Positions 1-8,234 of a stretch of 42,127 nucleotides of DNA are shown piece after piece (position 1 is the stretch's first letter; every line of letters starts with the position of its first letter). The stretch is from contig JAWOBF010000013.1 in NCBI GenBank assembly GCA_046498225.1, positions 1 to 42,127 of the forward strand, written 5' to 3'. Made by a program: the position numbers and the translations under genes. The stretch is from Candidatus Aegiribacteria sp. GTDB lineage: Bacteria; Fermentibacterota; Fermentibacteria; Fermentibacterales; JCC-6. Below the pieces are notes generated by a model, which was not told the DNA's origin, did not search any database, and saw nothing but the letters and a program-made list of their open reading frames with translations.

Positions 1-513
1 GGGGGAGGAGGAATGGATGGAGAACTGCATCTGGAACATTCCGCCGGAGTAGAGCTCATCCTTGATATGCAGGAGATCTTCCAGGAAGTCCATGCAGCCG
101 GCGGGCGCTATGGTGGATATGCTGGGCAGAAGGCCCGGCGCATGGTAGACTGAGGGAAGCTCTCTCAGCACCTGGAGAACCGCGGGATTGAACGCGGGGT
201 CCCCCATTCGGGCGAACTGCACCTTGAACTTGGGCACGGGCACCCTTCGGTCCGGATACCTGGCGGTCACCATGTGATCGATCTGCGAGAACATCTCCCC
301 GGCTGTGAGCTTTCCCGAATAGGCTCTTCCGGCGTCACAGATTGGGCATTTCACCGGACACCCCTTCAGAGTGGAGATGATGAGGACCCATTTCTCATCC
401 CTGGGCACCGGGGGCTGAACCGATTCCACGAACTCGACGCACCCGCCGTCATCCAGTTCCGCCACGTATACGGTGGCCAGGTCCTCTTCACCCCGTTGAG
501 ATTTTACTTTCAA
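1..513 (-). CDS. RlmN/Cfr-like radical SAM protein (3' end runs off window)
   Basis: Not in the ORF track; hand-translated from TTG at 513, which overlaps the upstream TGA and follows a GAGGAG RBS: MKVKSQRGEEDLATVY...ISTLKGCPVKCPICDAG (CxxxCxxC)...FARMGDPAFN...QFSIH, matching the RlmN SxQxGC, MGEP and SLH motifs. Confidence 0.85.
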   Translation of the reverse strand, partial: MKVKSQRGEEDLATVYVAELDDGGCVEFVESVQPPVPRDEKWVLIISTLKGCPVKCPICDAGRAYSGKLTAGEMFSQIDHMVTARYPDRRVPVPKFKVQFARMGDPAFNPAVLQVLRELPSVYHAPGLLPSISTIAPAGCMDFLEDLLHIKDELYSGGMFQMQFSIHSSSP

Positions 514-1406
514 ATCTTCTCCTCTTTCTCTTCCAGGTACTCGCACGCCAGCATCCCCGCCAGAACCCCCTGACCCGAAGCTGTGGAAGCCTGGCCCGAA
601 CGTCCCGCGGAGGCGTCACCCGCCATGTAGAACCCGCCCAGGCTGGTAGCAACCTCCCGCTGTTCATGGTGAAAATCGAAACTAAGCGCAGGCAGAACGG
701 TCTTTCTTCCCAGCGCCGCCAGTACCGCCCCGGTCTGCAGAGAGGTTCTGCCGCCGGGGGTGCGGACCTCCAGACGAATGGTCCCCTCTTCCACCCGAAA
801 GGCTGAAATGGCGGTAGTTTCGTAGAGTGTATCGATAGTCTTACGGGCAAGGAATTCCTCCTTCAATTTCCCCCCGGCCCTCAGGCGCCGGCCCCTTACC
901 AGTACGGTCACCATGGACCCGGAGTCCGCCAGGTTGAGCGCGTAATCCAGGGCGGCCTCCCCGCCCCCCAGTATGACCGCCCTTTCCGGAGGGTCGGCCT
1001 TCAGCTCCAGTATGGACCTGTGTATCTCGACGTTGCCTCCCGTTTCGAGGGAGTATTCCACCGGTTCCGTTCCCACGGCCAGGACCACCGACCCGCAGCG
1101 GATATCTTCCCCTGATCCCCTGACCACGAAAACACCTTCTTCCCCTGAAACCGAACCGACCAGGTATCTCCTCACGCCGACGCCGGTCCTTTCCAGGAGC
1201 GCCTCGAGGTTTCGGGCGAACCCGGGCCCGGTAACCGGAGCGGGGAGCCCGGGACAGTTCTCCAGCAGCCTCGCCTCGCGGACCAGACCTCCGGCCTTAC
1301 CCGTCCTGTCCAGCAGCGCCACCTCCAGTCCCAGCCTCCGGCACTGCACCGCCGCCCCGCAGCCGGCTGGTCCCGCGCCCAGAACCGCTACGTCAGTCAC
1401 CGTCAT
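510..1406 (-). CDS. NAD(P)/FAD-dependent oxidoreductase (thioredoxin-reductase-like fold, no CxxC)
   Basis: GAGPAG FAD motif, second GGGEAA dinucleotide motif, and C-terminal GFYMAGDA motif. Confidence 0.85.
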   Translation of the reverse strand: MTVTDVAVLGAGPAGCGAAVQCRRLGLEVALLDRTGKAGGLVREARLLENCPGLPAPVTGPGFARNLEALLERTGVGVRRYLVGSVSGEEGVFVVRGSGEDIRCGSVVLAVGTEPVEYSLETGGNVEIHRSILELKADPPERAVILGGGEAALDYALNLADSGSMVTVLVRGRRLRAGGKLKEEFLARKTIDTLYETTAISAFRVEEGTIRLEVRTPGGRTSLQTGAVLAALGRKTVLPALSFDFHHEQREVATSLGGFYMAGDASAGRSGQASTASGQGVLAGMLACEYLEEKEEKI

Positions 1407-2118
1407 TCCGGTCCTCCCCGCAGACCGCTTCGGTGGAGGTAACCACCGCGAAGCCGGTTGCCAGGCCGGTCAGGCTCCCCACGTGAAGCGCCTCGGAAGT
1501 TGTGGTCAGCCCGTCCGCCGGTACGTATACCTCGTAGCCTCTGACGAAGGCGGACCTGGCGGTGGTCTCGCAGCAGAGCTGGGTGAGCACTCCGGTGACG
1601 AGGACCTGCTCGATCCCCTCCCCCTCTAGGAATTCATCGAGTCCCGTTCCCTGGAAGGCGTCGTAGGTGTTCTTCCTGAATACCCTCTCGGTTGAAAGGG
1701 GCCGCAGCTCCCGGATTATCCTCGAGTCCTCCCCGTCGCATCTTATGTAGTCGCCGAAGAACTTTCCCAGCATTCCCAGGTCGTCGGGGCCGCGGTGGCA
1801 GTGCCGGGTGAAGACCACCGTGCGGCCACTATTCCTCCAGAGTTCCAGGAGTTTCCCGATCCTGGGAACTATCGCCCCGGTGGACGGCAGGTAGAACCTG
1901 CCCCGTGGGTGGGCGAAGTACCGCAGCATGTCCACCACCAGCAGGGCGCACTTGCGGGGCCTGAGCACGAGATGCGGCCTGGGTCGGGCATGGCCGGATA
2001 TGACCGTAAGCCATTCCGAGAGCCTGACGTCAATGTTCCCGGTATTGACGAAAGCTTCACCCCGCACGTTTCGAACCGGCTTTTCCGGCGGAGTTCCGCT
2101 GATCCTGCCCCGCTCCAT
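1393..2118 (-). CDS. Isochorismatase-family cysteine hydrolase
   Basis: LLVVDM, KNTYDAF and GVLTQLCCETTARSAF motifs supply the Asp-Lys-Cys triad; the true start may lie somewhat downstream. Confidence 0.9.
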   Translation of the reverse strand: MERGRISGTPPEKPVRNVRGEAFVNTGNIDVRLSEWLTVISGHARPRPHLVLRPRKCALLVVDMLRYFAHPRGRFYLPSTGAIVPRIGKLLELWRNSGRTVVFTRHCHRGPDDLGMLGKFFGDYIRCDGEDSRIIRELRPLSTERVFRKNTYDAFQGTGLDEFLEGEGIEQVLVTGVLTQLCCETTARSAFVRGYEVYVPADGLTTTSEALHVGSLTGLATGFAVVTSTEAVCGEDRNDGD

Positions 2119-2141
2119 CTGTTCCTCCCGCAGTGTGACCG

Positions 2142-2357
2142 TTGAGTTTCGGACGGGTGAGTATACACTGCAGCCGCGGCATCAGGAACCTCCCCTCCTC
2201 AGAAATATCGGGTAACTGGGACGATCCATGTCCCGCATGCGGGGAGATATACCTCTACTGGACCGATGAAGAAGTTCAGACCTACACTGTCCAGTGCCCC
2301 CTGCCCCTGGACCCGGGCCACGGCTTCGTGCACGACGGCATGGTGAGCTGGGAATAG
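2142..2357 (+). pseudogene. Probable 3' remnant of a gene with a CPxCG...CP...HG.V.DG..SW C-terminus
   Basis: The last ~50 codons look protein-like and end in SWE-stop, but there is an in-frame TGA at 2136 and no convincing start or RBS. Confidence 0.4.
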
Positions 2358-2400
2358 GCGGCCGCCTCACTGCTGCAGCCCGGGATATTCTCGAGCCTGG

Positions 2401-2940
2401 CTATACCGGAGTGTTATCCTGACGGTGTTTTTCCGGAGGAGGCGCTTTCAGCTCTCCCATGACCAGGAGCTTCAGGCTGCCCAGGAGGAAGGCCGGGCGG
2501 AAGTGCGCCGGCCTTCGGGCCATTTCGGGAAAGCCTTCCATGGGCCGGGTCTCCAGCAGGTCCAGGTCGGGGGTCCAGCCGATGTCACCCGGCTTCCTGA
2601 TGTCGAACAGGGTGAAGAAACCTTCCACATCTCCCCGAAGGTCATCCTCCATAACCACCTTCAGGAGGTATTCGCATTTCGCCCTTGCCATGTCGTTGAA
2701 GGAATACCCGTTCCCTCCGGATGGGGATACCATTGCCCGCCTTCCGGAGGGGAACAGCAGCCCGTACCTGTCCGGGCGGCCGGGAGGCTGGGAGGTGCGC
2801 CAGCAGGGAAGCCCCCGCCGAAGGAGCCATCTCCTCGCAATCGATTCGGCCAGAAGGGTATCCAGGAATTCCGGCCGGTGTGAAAGGCGGGCCTCCCTGC
2901 TAAGCTTCTTCAGCAGTCCGGAGGATATTTTCACGGACAT
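2401..2940 (-). CDS. Hypothetical protein
   Basis: 179-aa ATG-initiated ORF divergent from gcvT; fills the gap with plausible composition. Confidence 0.65.
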   Translation of the reverse strand: MSVKISSGLLKKLSREARLSHRPEFLDTLLAESIARRWLLRRGLPCWRTSQPPGRPDRYGLLFPSGRRAMVSPSGGNGYSFNDMARAKCEYLLKVVMEDDLRGDVEGFFTLFDIRKPGDIGWTPDLDLLETRPMEGFPEMARRPAHFRPAFLLGSLKLLVMGELKAPPPEKHRQDNTPV

Positions 2941-2981
2941 GGGAAGCCCGTTTTCCCGGTATTCGGCGTTCCGGCGCGATG

Positions 2982-3010
2982 TTGCATTTCATCTCCCATT
3001 TAGGTAAATT
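2982..3010 (+). promoter_or_regulatory. Sigma70-type promoter for the gcv operon
   Basis: TTGCAT-N17-TAAATT in an AT-rich intergenic patch about 60 nt before gcvT. Confidence 0.55.
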
Positions 3011-3068
3011 CAACCTCGTATATTTCATGTTTTTTTCTATGGGACAAGTTTAGTACAGGAGATCCCCG

Positions 3069-4166
3069 ATGAACAAGAAAACCGCTCTTCATGACAGGCA
3101 TGTCGGCCTCGGAGCCAGGATGGAGCCCTTCGCCGGCTACCTAATGCCCATAAAGTACACCACGGTCAAGGAGGAACACAACACGGTGAGGAACGGGGTT
3201 GGCGTATTCGACCTCTCCCACATGGGCGAGTTCAGGGTGAAGGGCCCGGACGCACGGGAATTCCTGGATTACCTGCTCACCAATGACGCAGATGTGGAGC
3301 CGGGGCAGGCCTACTATTCCGCCATGTGCTACCCCGACGGCGGCATGGTGGACGACCTGATAGTCTACCGGCTGTCCGATGAGGAGTTCCTCATGGTGGT
3401 GAACGCCTCCAACATCGAGAAGGACTGGGCCTGGGTCAACAGTCAGACCACAGGCTATTCCGTGGAACTCGGCAACGAGAGCGACCAGACGGCCCTGGTG
3501 GCCATTCAGGGTCCCGATGCCCAGAAGGTGGCTCAGAAGCTTACCGCCCCGGACCTGGAGACGGTGGATTACTACCACCATCTTACCGGCGAGTTCGCCG
3601 GGAAGACCGCCCTGATAGCAAGGACCGGCTACACCGGCGAGGATGGTTTCGAGATTTATGTCAGGCCCGGCGACGCTGAGGAAGTGTGGGACGCAGTGAT
3701 GGAAGCCGGCGAGGAGTTCGGCATCAGGCCGGTAGGCCTCGGGGCCAGGGACACCCTCAGGCTGGAGGTAGGATACCTCCTGTACGGGAACGACATGGAC
3801 CATACCACGACTCCCATTGAAGCCAGGCTGGGCTGGGTGGTCAAGCTGAAGACGGAGAAGGATTTCATCGGACGGGAAGTCCTGGCCAGGCAGAAGAGGG
3901 AGAAGCCATCCAGATACATCGCGGGGCTCAAGGTGGAAGGCAGAGGCTTTCCCAGACAGGGCGCGGAGCTTTTCGATGAGGACAGGAAGGTGGGCATAGT
4001 GACCAGCGGCTCCATCGCCCCGGCCCTGGGGCACGGCGTCTGTCTCGCCTTCGTGGAGAAGGGCTACCACAGGAAGGGCACGGAGCTTGAGGCGGAGGTG
4101 CGGGGCAGAAGGATACCGGTCAAGGCGGTGAAGCTCCCGTTCTACAAGGAAGGCAGTCGCAAGTAA
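3069..4166 (+). CDS. gcvT: Glycine cleavage system T protein (aminomethyltransferase)
   Basis: FDLSHMGE, RTGYTGEDGFEI and GLGARDTLRLE motifs. Confidence 0.97.
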   Translation: MNKKTALHDRHVGLGARMEPFAGYLMPIKYTTVKEEHNTVRNGVGVFDLSHMGEFRVKGPDAREFLDYLLTNDADVEPGQAYYSAMCYPDGGMVDDLIVYRLSDEEFLMVVNASNIEKDWAWVNSQTTGYSVELGNESDQTALVAIQGPDAQKVAQKLTAPDLETVDYYHHLTGEFAGKTALIARTGYTGEDGFEIYVRPGDAEEVWDAVMEAGEEFGIRPVGLGARDTLRLEVGYLLYGNDMDHTTTPIEARLGWVVKLKTEKDFIGREVLARQKREKPSRYIAGLKVEGRGFPRQGAELFDEDRKVGIVTSGSIAPALGHGVCLAFVEKGYHRKGTELEAEVRGRRIPVKAVKLPFYKEGSRK

Positions 4167-4182
4167 CTTCAAGGAGGAAGAG

Positions 4183-4566
4183 ATGTCGAACATTCCGAAA
4201 GATCTTCGCTATACCGATACCCATGAATGGGTGAAGGACCTGGGCAACGGTGAGTACAGGATGGGGCTCACCCACTACGCGCAGGATCAGATGGGCGAGA
4301 TAGTGATGGTGGAATTCCCGGGCATGAACGAATACGGCGCCGGAGATGTCCTGGGCTCACTGGAGGCGGTGAAGACCGCCGAGGACTTCTACGCTCCGTT
4401 CGACTGCAAGGTCATCAGGGTGAACGAATCACTGGAGGACGAACCCGCGCTCATCAACGAGGACTGCTTCGACAGGGGCTGGCTGGTGGACCTCGGAACT
4501 GAGGACCCTTCGGGTTTTCAGGCGCTGAAGACGGCGGAAGAGTACTCCGAATACATCGGTGAGTAG
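4183..4566 (+). CDS. gcvH: Glycine cleavage system H protein
   Basis: YTDTHEWV, GLTHYAQ, lipoyl-Lys motif EAVKTA, INED...GWL. Confidence 0.96.
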   Translation: MSNIPKDLRYTDTHEWVKDLGNGEYRMGLTHYAQDQMGEIVMVEFPGMNEYGAGDVLGSLEAVKTAEDFYAPFDCKVIRVNESLEDEPALINEDCFDRGWLVDLGTEDPSGFQALKTAEEYSEYIGE

Positions 4567-4569
4567 CCC

Positions 4570-5922
4570 ATGAGCAGGTTCATACCGAACAGCGAGGGCA
4601 ACAGGGAAGAGATGCTCCGCGCCATAGGCGTGGATGACTTCCGGGAACTGCTGGAGCCGGTGCCTGAGCAGTACAGGCTCGAAGGCGGCCTTGACCTTCC
4701 GGCCCCGCTCTCGGAGCTGGAACTGGTGGAATCCTTCCGTGAACTGGCCCGGCGGAACGACGGGGCGGACATGGTGTGCTTCCTCGGAGCCGGGGCTTAC
4801 GATCACTTCATTCCCGCGGCTGAGGATCATATACTTCTCAGAAGCGAGTTCTACACCGCTTACACCCCCTACCAGGCGGAGGTAAGCCAGGGCACCCTGC
4901 AGGCTATCTTCGAGTACCAGACCATGCTTGCCAGGCTCACCGGAATGGAGATGGCCAACGCGAGCATGTACGATGGAGCCTCGGCGGCGGCGGAGGCATG
5001 CCTGATGGCCATGCGGGTAACCCGGAAGCAGAAAGTGCTTGTGGCCGGCTCCCTGAACCCCAGGTGGCTCGACGTAATAAGGACATATATCAGAAGAAAG
5101 GATTTCCAGCTGAACGAGATCCCCTTCACGGAAAACGGCACTCTGGACCTGAAGACCGCAGAGGAACTCACAGGGGATGATACCGCTGCCATTCTGGTGC
5201 AGTACCCCAGCTATTTCGGCCTGGTGGAGGACCTGGAGCCTCTGGCGGAGATGGTCCATCGTCACAGGGGCCTCCTGATAACCGCGGCGGACCCGGTGGC
5301 CCTTCCCATGCTGCGTTCCCCCGGCGACGCCGGAGCGGACATAGTGGTGGGGGAGGGACAGAGCATGGGCATACCTCTGTCCTATGGAGGTCCCTACGCC
5401 GGTTTCATGGCCTCCCGGAAGAAGCTGGCCAGGAAGATGCCCGGCAGGATTATCGGCAGGACGGAGGACCGGGCCGGCCAGACGGGCTACGTCATGACGC
5501 TTCAGACGCGGGAGCAGCATATCAGGCGGGAGAAGGCCACAAGCAACATCTGCTCCAACCAGGCCCTCATGGCCCTGGCGAATACCGTCTACCTTTCGCT
5601 GATGGGCGAGGAGGGTTTCAGGGAGGTGTCCAGCCAGTGCTACCATCGCAGCCATTACCTGGAGAAGGCCCTCCTGGAGATACCCGGCGTAACCGGAGTT
5701 TTCGGGAACACCCCCTTCTTCAGGGAGTTCGCCCTTTCGTTCCCGCTGCCGGCACAGCGACTGCGGGACATGATGCTGGACCGGGGCATTCTGGCGGGTC
5801 TTCCCCTGACGGAGCTGGGCGAGGGAGTGATGCTGATAACTGCAACCGAGAAGAGGTCCAGGGCTCAGCTGGACGAATACGTCCGTATCTGTTCGGATAT
5901 CTGCCGGGGAGGTGCTTCATGA
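4570..5922 (+). CDS. gcvPA: Glycine dehydrogenase P protein subunit A
   Basis: EFYTAYTPYQAEVSQG, NASMYDGA and TREQHIRREKATSNICSNQ motifs. Confidence 0.97.
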   Translation: MSRFIPNSEGNREEMLRAIGVDDFRELLEPVPEQYRLEGGLDLPAPLSELELVESFRELARRNDGADMVCFLGAGAYDHFIPAAEDHILLRSEFYTAYTPYQAEVSQGTLQAIFEYQTMLARLTGMEMANASMYDGASAAAEACLMAMRVTRKQKVLVAGSLNPRWLDVIRTYIRRKDFQLNEIPFTENGTLDLKTAEELTGDDTAAILVQYPSYFGLVEDLEPLAEMVHRHRGLLITAADPVALPMLRSPGDAGADIVVGEGQSMGIPLSYGGPYAGFMASRKKLARKMPGRIIGRTEDRAGQTGYVMTLQTREQHIRREKATSNICSNQALMALANTVYLSLMGEEGFREVSSQCYHRSHYLEKALLEIPGVTGVFGNTPFFREFALSFPLPAQRLRDMMLDRGILAGLPLTELGEGVMLITATEKRSRAQLDEYVRICSDICRGGAS

Positions 5923-7382
5923 AGACAATATTCGATATATGCAGCCCGGGCAGGACGGGGGTATCCCTTCCGAAGCTGGATGTTCCCGCGCAGGATGAAC
6001 TGCCCGGTGCCCTGACCCGGGAAGGCGACGGCCGCACAGGACTGCCCAGGGCGTCGGAAGGACAGGTGATGAGGCACTTCATCAACCTGAGCGTGATGAA
6101 CCACCACGTGGACAGAGGAATGTATCCCCTGGGGTCGTGCACCATGAAGTACAACCCCAAACTTCACGAGAACCTGGCGAGGATTCCCGAGCTCGCCTCC
6201 ATCCACCCCCTCTGCCCCGATGAACACGCCCGGGGAACACTGGAACTGATGCACCGGCTGGGGGAGATGCTGTGCGAGATAACCGGATTCCACAGCATTT
6301 CACTGCAGCCCGCGGCCGGGGCCCAGGGGGAGTTCTGCGGCATCATGCTCATCAAGAGCTACCATGAAAGCAGGGGAGAGGGCCACAGGAACGAGGTGCT
6401 GATGCCGGATTCGGCCCACGGGACCAACCCGGCCACCTCCACCCTGGCGGACTGCGTGGTAGTGGGAGTGGACTCCAACGAGCAGGGACTGGTTGACCCG
6501 GAGGACCTGAGAAGGAAAGTTGGCCCCAATACCGCCGCCTTCATGCTCACCAACCCCAATACCCTGGGGCTGTTCGAGTCCCATATAGGGGAGCTGACCT
6601 CCATCGTGCACCAGGCCGGAGGACTTAACTACATGGACGGGGCCAACATGAACGCCCTGCTCGGAATAGCCAGGCCGGGGGATATGGGCTTCGACGTATG
6701 CCACCTTAACCTGCACAAGACCTTCTCCACGCCCCACGGGGGAGGCGGACCGGGGTCCGGACCGGTGGTCTGCACGAAAGACCTCGCGCCCTTCCTTCCC
6801 GACCCGGTGGTCCTGAAGGAAGATGACGGTGAGTTCCATCTGCGAGGGAAGCAGGATTCCTTCGGCAGGCTGATGGCCTTCCATGGCAATGTCGGCGTAC
6901 TCTACAGGGCCTTCGCATACATCATGACGCTGGGCGCGGATGGGCTTCGGGAGGTGAGCGAGAACGCTCTCATCAATGCCAACTACCTGAAGACCAGGCT
7001 GGCGGAGCACTACGACAATCCGTTCGACCACGGCCCGTGCATGCATGAGTTCGTGCTCAGCGGGGACAGGCAGGCCCGGCAGGGAGTGAAGACCCTGGAC
7101 ATAGCCAAGAGGCTGCTGGACTACGGTATCCACGCGCCCACTATCTACTTCCCCCTTATAGTTCACGAAGCTCTTATGATCGAGCCTACCGAGACGGAGA
7201 GCCTGGAGGAGCTGGACAGGTTCGTGGACGCCATGGTCTCCATCGCGGCGGAGGTGCGTGAGAAACCGCACCTGGTGACAGACGCTCCGGTGAACACGCC
7301 GGTGCTCAGGCTGGACGAGGTAAAAGCGGTGAAGGACCTGTGTCTGGTGCAGCCGGAGGAAGAGGAGGGAGTCGAGGAATAG
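5919..7382 (+). CDS. gcvPB: Glycine dehydrogenase P protein subunit B
   Basis: Start at an ATGA overlap with gcvPA (GGAGG RBS); YPLGSCTMKYNP, SAHGTNPA and PLP-Lys motif HLNLHKTFSTPHGGGGPG. Confidence 0.97.
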   Translation: MKTIFDICSPGRTGVSLPKLDVPAQDELPGALTREGDGRTGLPRASEGQVMRHFINLSVMNHHVDRGMYPLGSCTMKYNPKLHENLARIPELASIHPLCPDEHARGTLELMHRLGEMLCEITGFHSISLQPAAGAQGEFCGIMLIKSYHESRGEGHRNEVLMPDSAHGTNPATSTLADCVVVGVDSNEQGLVDPEDLRRKVGPNTAAFMLTNPNTLGLFESHIGELTSIVHQAGGLNYMDGANMNALLGIARPGDMGFDVCHLNLHKTFSTPHGGGGPGSGPVVCTKDLAPFLPDPVVLKEDDGEFHLRGKQDSFGRLMAFHGNVGVLYRAFAYIMTLGADGLREVSENALINANYLKTRLAEHYDNPFDHGPCMHEFVLSGDRQARQGVKTLDIAKRLLDYGIHAPTIYFPLIVHEALMIEPTETESLEELDRFVDAMVSIAAEVREKPHLVTDAPVNTPVLRLDEVKAVKDLCLVQPEEEEGVEE

Positions 7383-7411
7383 AGGACAGGGGAGACACAG
7401 CGGACAAAGTC

Positions 7412-7813
7412 ATGGAATGGGTATCCCACCCCGCCAGGGAGAGGCCGGGAGCCACGGCGCTCTACCTTCTGATAATCCTGCTCTCCGGCGTGGTGGCCAC
7501 CCTGGCCATGGACAACAACCCCTGGTGGGGACTGGTGGGAGTAACCGTCCTGCTGCTTTCCGGCTGGACTTATTTCCTGCCGGTCAGGTACACCATGGAC
7601 GGGGAGAGCGTAAGGAAGAAGTCGGTATTCGGTACCGAGGAACAGAAATGGAACCGGGTGAAGAGCGTGATACCGGACAGGTACGGGGTTCTCCTCAGCC
7701 CCTTTCCCGAGCCAACCAGGCTGGCCAAGTTCAGAGGACTCTCAGTACAGTTCTCCAGCAACAGAGAGGAAGTGCTTGAATACATCAGGTCACATGCCGC
7801 CGGGCAGTCATGA
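7412..7813 (+). CDS. Small membrane protein (2 TM helices plus a soluble beta domain, possibly PH-like)
   Basis: Two hydrophobic segments then VRYTMDGESVRKK...W; start uncertain (ORF is open from 7340). Confidence 0.7.
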   Translation: MEWVSHPARERPGATALYLLIILLSGVVATLAMDNNPWWGLVGVTVLLLSGWTYFLPVRYTMDGESVRKKSVFGTEEQKWNRVKSVIPDRYGVLLSPFPEPTRLAKFRGLSVQFSSNREEVLEYIRSHAAGQS

Positions 7814-8234
7814 TATCATTGACCTTGACGGCGATGAGGACTACACCGAGTTCATGGAATCCATAGCCCGGGAGATAGTGCAGCGTCAGCTCACCGTCCC
7901 GGCCATTATATTCCTGGAGACCATAAAGCCGCTTTCCTTTCTGGGGAACCAGCTGCTTATATTCGCGAACCCGGTGGTCTCCCTCGTGGTAAGCACCGGG
8001 AATTACTACAAGTTCGTACGCATGATCGAGGACCGTGAGAACGTGGAAAAGCTCACGGTTGCCATAGAGGAGGAGAACGCCCGCGAGGTCCAGCGAAAAA
8101 AAGAGATGAAGGAAGCCCGCCGCGCAAAGGGCGGGAAGTCCTTCCTCCGCTGGTTCAGGCGCGGAGGCGATAATCAGAACAAGGAGGTAGAAGGCGGTGG
8201 CCAGCAAAGAGATCACCAGAATAATGGCGACTGA
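7776..8234 (+). CDS. Hypothetical protein (IFLETIKPLSFLGNQ motif)
   Basis: Overlaps both neighbours; AGAGGA RBS before TTG; amphipathic/hydrophobic core with a charged tail. Confidence 0.75.
   Translation: MNTSGHMPPGSHDIIDLDGDEDYTEFMESIAREIVQRQLTVPAIIFLETIKPLSFLGNQLLIFANPVVSLVVSTGNYYKFVRMIEDRENVEKLTVAIEEENAREVQRKKEMKEARRAKGGKSFLRWFRRGGDNQNKEVEGGGQQRDHQNNGD

Noticed and set aside
2941..3068. Glycine riboswitch upstream of gcvT
   Set aside because: The predicted leader is only ~55 nt and AT-rich, with no recognisable glycine aptamer motifs.
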